Assembly (NCBI GenBank): GCA_046313635.1
Contig: JBKBYA010000001.1
Coordinates: 224,001 to 288,000 of the forward strand
Length of the DNA: 64,000 bases
Direction of reading: 5' to 3'
Origin: Pyrinomonadaceae bacterium
Lineage (GTDB): Bacteria; Acidobacteriota; Blastocatellia; Pyrinomonadales; Pyrinomonadaceae
Shown here: positions 58,349 through 64,000 of the stretch, in pieces
Position numbering within the stretch: the first letter of the stretch is position 1
How the letters are laid out: each line of letters opens with the position of its first letter
The notes under the pieces: generated by a model
The model's database searches: none
What the model saw: the letters and a program-made list of their open reading frames with translations, nothing else
What the model was told of the DNA's origin: nothing
Translations under genes and position numbers: made by a program

Positions 58349-58454
58349 ACCGTCGCGAAGACGCGACACCCCTCCTTTGAAAGGAGGGAGCCGGATTTTT
58401 ATTCACGTTCCCACTAAACCGTCGCAAAGACACTTCCTTTGAAAGGAGGGGAGC
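58349..58454. repeat. two REP-like palindromic units
   Basis: ACCGTCGC..AGAC...TCCTTT-G-AAAGGAGGG..AGC repeated directly twice. Confidence 0.7.
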
Positions 58455-58480
58455 TTTTTCGTGATCGGCTCACTGTTCTT

Positions 58481-60742
58481 TTATTTGCCGGGGCGGTAGC
58501 GGCGGATGGTTTGGCGGGCGATGTCTTGGGGCGTGAAGGCGACCTTTTTCATTTCGCCGCGGGCAAACATCTCGGCCTGGTCGTCGAAGTGCGGCGATGC
58601 GGGCAGGCGGCTTTGGCCGTATGCGAGCACCGAGTATGCGCGCGGGCCGCTGCGGCCGAATTCGACGGCGAGCACCCACGCGTCGCCGCTGTTGGCGACG
58701 AGACGGCCGTCCTTTGCGTCGCGTGTAAATCCGAGAATGCGAAAGCACCCGAGGTCGTTGCCGCATCCGCCGACGGGCGCGTCCACCTTGCCGCGGCGGA
58801 CGCGATGCACCTCGCCCCACGTGACGTCGATCGAGCCGTAGCGGCGCTTGACCTCGTCGACGGCCTGCCGGAGAGACTCGACCGCGCGTGCCGGGTCGGC
58901 GAGACCGCGCGGCGTAGCGAAGGGATCATTCTCATCCCAGACCTTTGCAAACCGGCGCTCGTCCGGGTACGCGCGGCGCTGCTGTGCGGGCACGTCCGTA
59001 CGGCGAAGCCCGGAGTAGGTCGCCCACCACTCTTCAAAGAGCGTCGAGCCGCGGCTCTCGGGCGCGGTCGTGTTGTCCCACGAGTCGAGCAGGCGGATGG
59101 CGTCGGCAAGCTCGCCTTCGGCGCCGGCGGCGCGGACTGCGGCGATCAGGTCGGGCTTGACGCGGTCGGCCAGCAGCGCGCGGTAGTCGTGCTTGAGGCG
59201 GACGACGTCTTCGAGCGAGAGGCGCGGGAGGGATGAGGGCGCGGCAGAGCCTCTTGCGAGCCGGAGTCCGAGCTGGGCGCGGAGCGAGAGCTCGGGGGCT
59301 TCGAAGTTGGGATACGCGTTTTTGAGGCTGACGCCGCGCTCGACGTTGGTAAAGTGCGGCGAATTGTTTTCGTTGTGCAGATAGCCGCCCTTCGGATTGA
59401 GAAGCTGCGGCAGCGAGTCGAATGGGACGTAACGCGTCCAGACGTCTCTCGCGCCTTTTGCCGGAACGGCGTCGAGGTCGTTCTTGCTCGGCGGGTGCGG
59501 CAGCAGCGGGAGCGACGCGTTCCAAATGTAAAAGATGTTGCCGTCGCGGTCGGCATAGGTGAAGTTTGAAGTGACGCGGGAGCGCATACGCATCGCGGAC
59601 TTCCATTCGCCGAGCGTGCGGGCACGCATCATCCGCAGAAACTGCTCGCCCGCGCGCACGTCGCCGTCGCCTGCGAATTTGACGATGTAGATCTTGTCCC
59701 TTGTGCGGTGAACGACGGGGCCGAGATCTGTCGTCCAAAACTCGCGCGTAACGGTCGTGAGCGATCCGTCCTTGCGCACCGCGACGCTGATGGGCACCTT
59801 TGTCATCGCGACCGAGCGGCCGTCAAAGAGGTAATGGTCGGCATTCGCCGGGTCGGCGTCGAGCTCGTAAAACTCGTCGAGGTCGGGCGAGTTGTTCGTC
59901 GTCGAAAATCCGAGATAGCGATTGAACCCGCCGACCACAGCGAACGCTCCGCCGATGCGGAAGTCGCCGTAAAAATCGACGACGCCCGGCACTGTCAGGT
60001 GAGCCTCGTAGTAGCCCGCCGTCCACGAGAGGTGCGGGTTGCGGAGCAGGATCGCGCGGCCCGATCTGGTGCGGCTCGGGGCAAAGGCCCAGGCGTTCGA
60101 GCCGTCGTCGGGCGGGGGCTCGCCTTCGTCATTCGGGCCGGTCTGCTGGCCGGCGTCGCGGTCGTTGGTGCGGCCGCCGGTGAGCCGCTCGACAAAGAGG
60201 CGCGCCTTGCGAGCCGGGAAAGGGACGATCTCGGTCGCCGCGACGTCCTCGCCGGTAAAGTCGGCCGGCATGAACTTTGGGAATTTGTCGCGGTTGAGCT
60301 CGACGTATCGATTGACGCCGGCGGCAAAGCCCTCGTAAACGTCGCGGGCCTGCTGCGACAAGAGACGGTAATTCTTGAGCGATCGAGAGCGCTGAAAAAG
60401 CGTGACTAGATCGGACTCGGCAAAGTCCGCTCCCTCGACCGACGCTCGCCGGCCGCTGGCCTCGAGCAGCCGCATCGGCGTGGCGTCACCGTAATCCTCG
60501 CACTGCAGCCACGCGAGCGCGTAGCCGGCGGCACGCAGATCCTCGGCCCGAATGTGCGGCACGCCGTAGGATGTGCGGATGATCTCGACCCGGCGCCAGA
60601 GCTCGCGGTCGCCTGCCTTTTTGGTTCCGGCGGCCGACTGGGCCCGGATCGTTGACTGAAAAGCGATGACGGCGCCGATCGCCGTAATGAGAGCCACGAG
60701 GCGGCGGGCCGTCGCGGTCGAAATTACTTGTCGCGTGAGCAT
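58481..60742 (-). CDS. penicillin acylase family (S45 Ntn-hydrolase)
   Basis: IIRTSYGVPHI, GSNAWAFAPSRT, LLRNPHL, NFTYADRDGNI, YGQS...PHFDDQ. Confidence 0.93.
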   Translation of the reverse strand: MLTRQVISTATARRLVALITAIGAVIAFQSTIRAQSAAGTKKAGDRELWRRVEIIRTSYGVPHIRAEDLRAAGYALAWLQCEDYGDATPMRLLEASGRRASVEGADFAESDLVTLFQRSRSLKNYRLLSQQARDVYEGFAAGVNRYVELNRDKFPKFMPADFTGEDVAATEIVPFPARKARLFVERLTGGRTNDRDAGQQTGPNDEGEPPPDDGSNAWAFAPSRTRSGRAILLRNPHLSWTAGYYEAHLTVPGVVDFYGDFRIGGAFAVVGGFNRYLGFSTTNNSPDLDEFYELDADPANADHYLFDGRSVAMTKVPISVAVRKDGSLTTVTREFWTTDLGPVVHRTRDKIYIVKFAGDGDVRAGEQFLRMMRARTLGEWKSAMRMRSRVTSNFTYADRDGNIFYIWNASLPLLPHPPSKNDLDAVPAKGARDVWTRYVPFDSLPQLLNPKGGYLHNENNSPHFTNVERGVSLKNAYPNFEAPELSLRAQLGLRLARGSAAPSSLPRLSLEDVVRLKHDYRALLADRVKPDLIAAVRAAGAEGELADAIRLLDSWDNTTAPESRGSTLFEEWWATYSGLRRTDVPAQQRRAYPDERRFAKVWDENDPFATPRGLADPARAVESLRQAVDEVKRRYGSIDVTWGEVHRVRRGKVDAPVGGCGNDLGCFRILGFTRDAKDGRLVANSGDAWVLAVEFGRSGPRAYSVLAYGQSRLPASPHFDDQAEMFARGEMKKVAFTPQDIARQTIRRYRPGK

Positions 60743-60923
60743 CTTTTTTATGAGGCTGCAGAGGCGATAAGTATAAACAGATCGGACCGCGGTCGGGCAA
60801 ACGCATCCGGGCGGCCCACGGCCCGCGAAAAAACTTTTGCAACTTTTTGCGGGCGGCCTCGTGAGCGAATAAAGGACAACTGAGATCGCTCTGACCCTCC
60901 TTAGGGTGATCGAAGGCTCAACC

Positions 60924-60961
60924 AAAAGGCCGGAGTTACTGGGGACGCCGGCCTTTTTTTT
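60924..60961. terminator. intrinsic terminator
   Basis: AAAAGGCCGG...CCGGCCTTTTTTTT. Confidence 0.75.
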
Positions 60962-61054
60962 CGCCGGTCCGGTAATACGGACGCGAAAAAGACCGGAGGC
61001 CGCTCGGGTTCGCCCGCCGCGGCCTCCGGCCTGTTTGGGTGTAAAAATTTTCGG

Positions 61055-61420
61055 TCACTGGTCCATATAACGCTGGACGATCGGCTCGAGCCGGTCAAAG
61101 TCGACAGGCTTTTGTAACACTTCAGTACAACCCACGGAGCGCGCCCTTTCCTCGTAAAAATCCCCGTACGCACTCAAGGCTATGATCGGAATATCCGACA
61201 GCTCCGCATGCTGCCTGATCGCCTCGGTCGCCCCGAGGCCGTCGAGTATCGGCATTGCGATATCCATCAGAATAAGGTCGGGCTTCTCGCGAACCGCCGT
61301 TTCGACAGCCTCGTAACCGTCTGCCGCCTCAACGACTTGATAGCCATAGCCGGACAGCATGTACCGCATCATCCGCCTGATGTCTTCGTGATCTTCGACT
61401 AAGAGTACCTTCTTCCTCAT
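61055..61420 (-). CDS. single-domain response regulator
   Basis: VLLVEDH, PDLILMDIAMPILDG, PIIALSA, KP; alternative TTG start at 61432. Confidence 0.93.
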   Translation of the reverse strand: MRKKVLLVEDHEDIRRMMRYMLSGYGYQVVEAADGYEAVETAVREKPDLILMDIAMPILDGLGATEAIRQHAELSDIPIIALSAYGDFYEERARSVGCTEVLQKPVDFDRLEPIVQRYMDQ

Positions 61421-61523
61421 ATCGTCCGCCAAATAACGCCAATGCGTCCGATCTTTCGAGCCGTTGTTCGGTCGATCAAATTACGTATCAAACCGGAACG
61501 GCCGTTCTGGAATTGGCACCTTC

Positions 61524-61539
61524 GCAATGACCGTGCCAA
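61524..61539 (-). promoter_or_regulatory. sigma54 promoter of the response regulator
   Basis: minus strand TTGGCACG-GTCA-TTGC, consensus -24/-12. Confidence 0.75.
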
Positions 61540-61618
61540 CATTTGTATGCCAAATTACTTTATTTTTATTTCCGGTCAGCTTTTTTTTCGGCGGCGGCCG
61601 TACCGCCCGATCCACAGA

Positions 61619-63322
61619 TCAACGCGTAGGCGGGGCGGCCGATCCGATCGTCTGACGGCGAAAGTCCTCGAAATCCTGCCAAACGCGGCTGCGGCGCACC
61701 GCGTCGACCGGGGCGACGATCGGGGTCTCGATGTCTTCTTCAGAAAAAACCTGCACTTCGAGACGACCGCAGCGGCCGGGTGCAAAGACCTCGTACGGGT
61801 ACGAATAGACGCCCGCAAATGTGTATCGCTTCTTGGTCTTGTAGTAGCTCTGAAGCGAGCGGTTAAGCTCGATCTTGCTGCGGCTGATCGGCACGATCTC
61901 AGACCCGTCGCACATCAGCTTCATCTGGTAAAAGTCGGCCTTGTACTTGAGATCGAGCGGCGTCGAATATCCGGTCGTCGCCGAGGTCGCGATCTGCAAA
62001 AAGATCGATTTGCCCGTCGCGGTGATCTCGGGCAGCGCGAGGATGTCGACGACGGGCCGCAGCTCGCCGGCGTACTCCTGCCAGTAGTGCAGGTCTTTGA
62101 GCTTGTCGGGTGCGTCGATCGCGCCGCGTTTGGAGTTGCGCTTTTCGCGCGATCTGAGCGCCTCCATTCGCTCGCGGTGGATCTCGTAAAACTTGTAGAT
62201 CGGCGTCATGAACTTGATCTCGTAATTCTTGACGTCGGTGATGTACTCCTTGACCGGGAAGTCCGAGCGCTCGAGCGCGGCGCGGATCGTCTCGACCGGA
62301 AAGACGCCGTCCGGAGCGCTCGGCATCAACTCGGCGGATGGCAGACCTTTGGCCGCTGCGATCTCGCGTGAGCGGGCCATCAGTTCGGCGGCCTCCTCGA
62401 TGCGGATGACGACGCCGATGCCGGGACCGGTCTCATCCTTGTCGCGGGCCTGAAACGTCGTGATGCCGACGACCTCGCCGAGCGAGTTGAAGAGCGGGCC
62501 GCCCGAACTGCCTGCGTTGATGCTGATGTCCGAGATGATGCCGCGCTCCTCGATCTTGCTGACGATGCCGGCCGTCAGGATCTTGTCTTGCCGCAGCGGG
62601 CTGCCGATGGCAAAGACATGCTCGCCCTCGACCAGCGTCTCGCCCCGATCGCCCTGAGCGATCGCGAGCACGCGGCTCGCCGGAAAGGCCGAGAGATTCA
62701 CCTGCAGGACGGAGATGTCGCGGTCCACGTCCTGCGCCACGAGCCGCGCGCGGACGGCCGTGCGGCGGTCAAAGCGGACGCGAATGTCGTTGGACTTGTT
62801 TATGACGTGCTGATTGGTAAGCACCAGACCGCGCGCGTCAAATATGAAGCCCGTCCCCGACGTCAGCTCGCCCTCGACGGTGACGACGCCGTCACGCAGC
62901 GTCTTAAAGAGTTCGCCCTCCTCGGTGACGCGGCGTCGAGGCGTCTCGGGCGCCGACGACGCGTTGTCGCTGCTGAGCTCGACCGAGAGGTCTTTGCCCG
63001 CCGCGACGGTGAATCTCACCTCCCAGCCGTACGACCGGCCGCCAAAGACGACCGGCCTGACCGACGAGACGACGTATTCGCCGGGCTCGAGCTTCGCGGC
63101 GGCCGTGCCCTCGAACGACGTCGCGATCGAGCGGAGCTCGCCGCCCGGAGGATCTGCCTTTCGTATGGCGAGCGCGAATTTGGGAACGGGCTTGAGATCG
63201 AGATCGGCGTCGATGAGCACGACGCGAAAGCTGACGTTTGCGGTATCGGCGGCTGTCTGGGGGGCGGCGGGAAGGGCCATCGCCGCAAAGGCGATAACCA
63301 GAAGAACAAAGTTCGTCTTCAT
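61619..63322 (-). CDS. secreted trypsin-like (S1C) serine protease
   Basis: GTGF, LTNQHV, DISVL, INAGSSGGPL; signal peptide; no PDZ seen. Confidence 0.88.
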   Translation of the reverse strand: MKTNFVLLVIAFAAMALPAAPQTAADTANVSFRVVLIDADLDLKPVPKFALAIRKADPPGGELRSIATSFEGTAAAKLEPGEYVVSSVRPVVFGGRSYGWEVRFTVAAGKDLSVELSSDNASSAPETPRRRVTEEGELFKTLRDGVVTVEGELTSGTGFIFDARGLVLTNQHVINKSNDIRVRFDRRTAVRARLVAQDVDRDISVLQVNLSAFPASRVLAIAQGDRGETLVEGEHVFAIGSPLRQDKILTAGIVSKIEERGIISDISINAGSSGGPLFNSLGEVVGITTFQARDKDETGPGIGVVIRIEEAAELMARSREIAAAKGLPSAELMPSAPDGVFPVETIRAALERSDFPVKEYITDVKNYEIKFMTPIYKFYEIHRERMEALRSREKRNSKRGAIDAPDKLKDLHYWQEYAGELRPVVDILALPEITATGKSIFLQIATSATTGYSTPLDLKYKADFYQMKLMCDGSEIVPISRSKIELNRSLQSYYKTKKRYTFAGVYSYPYEVFAPGRCGRLEVQVFSEEDIETPIVAPVDAVRRSRVWQDFEDFRRQTIGSAAPPTR

Positions 63323-63641
63323 AAAACTCTCTTTTGAATTTGCAAGTATTGCGGGTGTGAGAAGGGACGCTGCGCGGGGAATTGCGGCGGCGTCACGGGC
63401 CGAAGCTATCTAATCATTTCTGCCGGCGGGATGCAATGATTTTTGCGTCCGCCCGAATGAGCGAAAAAAGAAGGCCGCAGATAGCTCGCAAAAACGCGGG
63501 CCCGGCAAAAGGTCGGCGACCTCCGCGTCGAGGCCGGCTCAAATGCGGAGGCCGCTTTTGCCCATCTTGCCGGCGCACCTTCTGGCGGCTGCCGCCGGCG
63601 TTAGAGACGGCCGGCCTGCTGCCTTCGGCCGGGGCCGCCGA

Positions 63642-64000
63642 TCACTGCTTGGTGCAGGTCGGCACACACTCGCCGTTGCACCAGACATTCGGGTACTCAC
63701 AGATGTTCCATTCAAAACGGCCGGAGGAGGCGGTGGCGGACATACCCTCAAAGACGACACGCTCGATGCAGCTCTTTTTAAGATCGGCGCCGAATGTATC
63801 AAAGAGCTTCTTGAGCTGGCTCTGGCCGTTGTTCTTGTCGACGTCGCTCACCGTGCCGGAGACCGTCAGTTCGATCCTCGTCACCGTCGGGTAAGTGACC
63901 TCGGCCACGTCCCACTTGAGTTTGCCGTCCTTGACCTGTTGATCGAGCTTCGAGTCCTTGGCTATATCCTGGCCGATCGCATTACGCAGCTTGCCGACCT
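63642..64000 (-). CDS. partial hypothetical protein with Cys-rich C-terminus
   Basis: open frame running off the window end; CEYPNVWCNGECVPTC. Confidence 0.55.
   Translation of the reverse strand, partial: VGKLRNAIGQDIAKDSKLDQQVKDGKLKWDVAEVTYPTVTRIELTVSGTVSDVDKNNGQSQLKKLFDTFGADLKKSCIERVVFEGMSATASSGRFEWNICEYPNVWCNGECVPTCTKQ

Noticed and set aside
58100..58433. PHPSSLI-repeat protein
   Set aside because: Translation artefact of the heptamer tract; the TPR gene has its own RBS and ATG at 58099

Overview
High-GC bacterial window. The FG-GAP-repeat secreted protease and the MKxCPxC...FCxxDG zinc-ribbon proteins suggest Acidobacteriota/Blastocatellia (inference). Bases 1 to ~16045 form a lower-GC accessory island abutting the 3' end of tRNA-Asn. 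It holds a Ser/Thr kinase-FGE, a dual-FHA ABC transporter, zinc-ribbon membrane proteins with SPOR/SH3-like domains, a broken hydrolase-VWA-TPR gene, an M48 peptidase and an IS3 remnant. The core region carries guaA, peptidases, an osmoprotectant ABC transporter, a DEAD-box helicase with a long structured leader, a TetR-RND-TolC efflux operon, metK under a SAM-I/IV-type riboswitch, cobB, trxC and a TonB receptor. The strongest candidate for an undescribed system is a compact low-GC operon at 51.7-56.1 kb: NurA-like nuclease, HerA-like ATPase and SPPY-type DNA methyltransferase, a putative restriction-modification-like defence system. Several heptamer and 21-mer intergenic repeat arrays, two sigma54 promoters and a candidate small RNA are also present. 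All calls come from motif recognition by eye; no searches were run.
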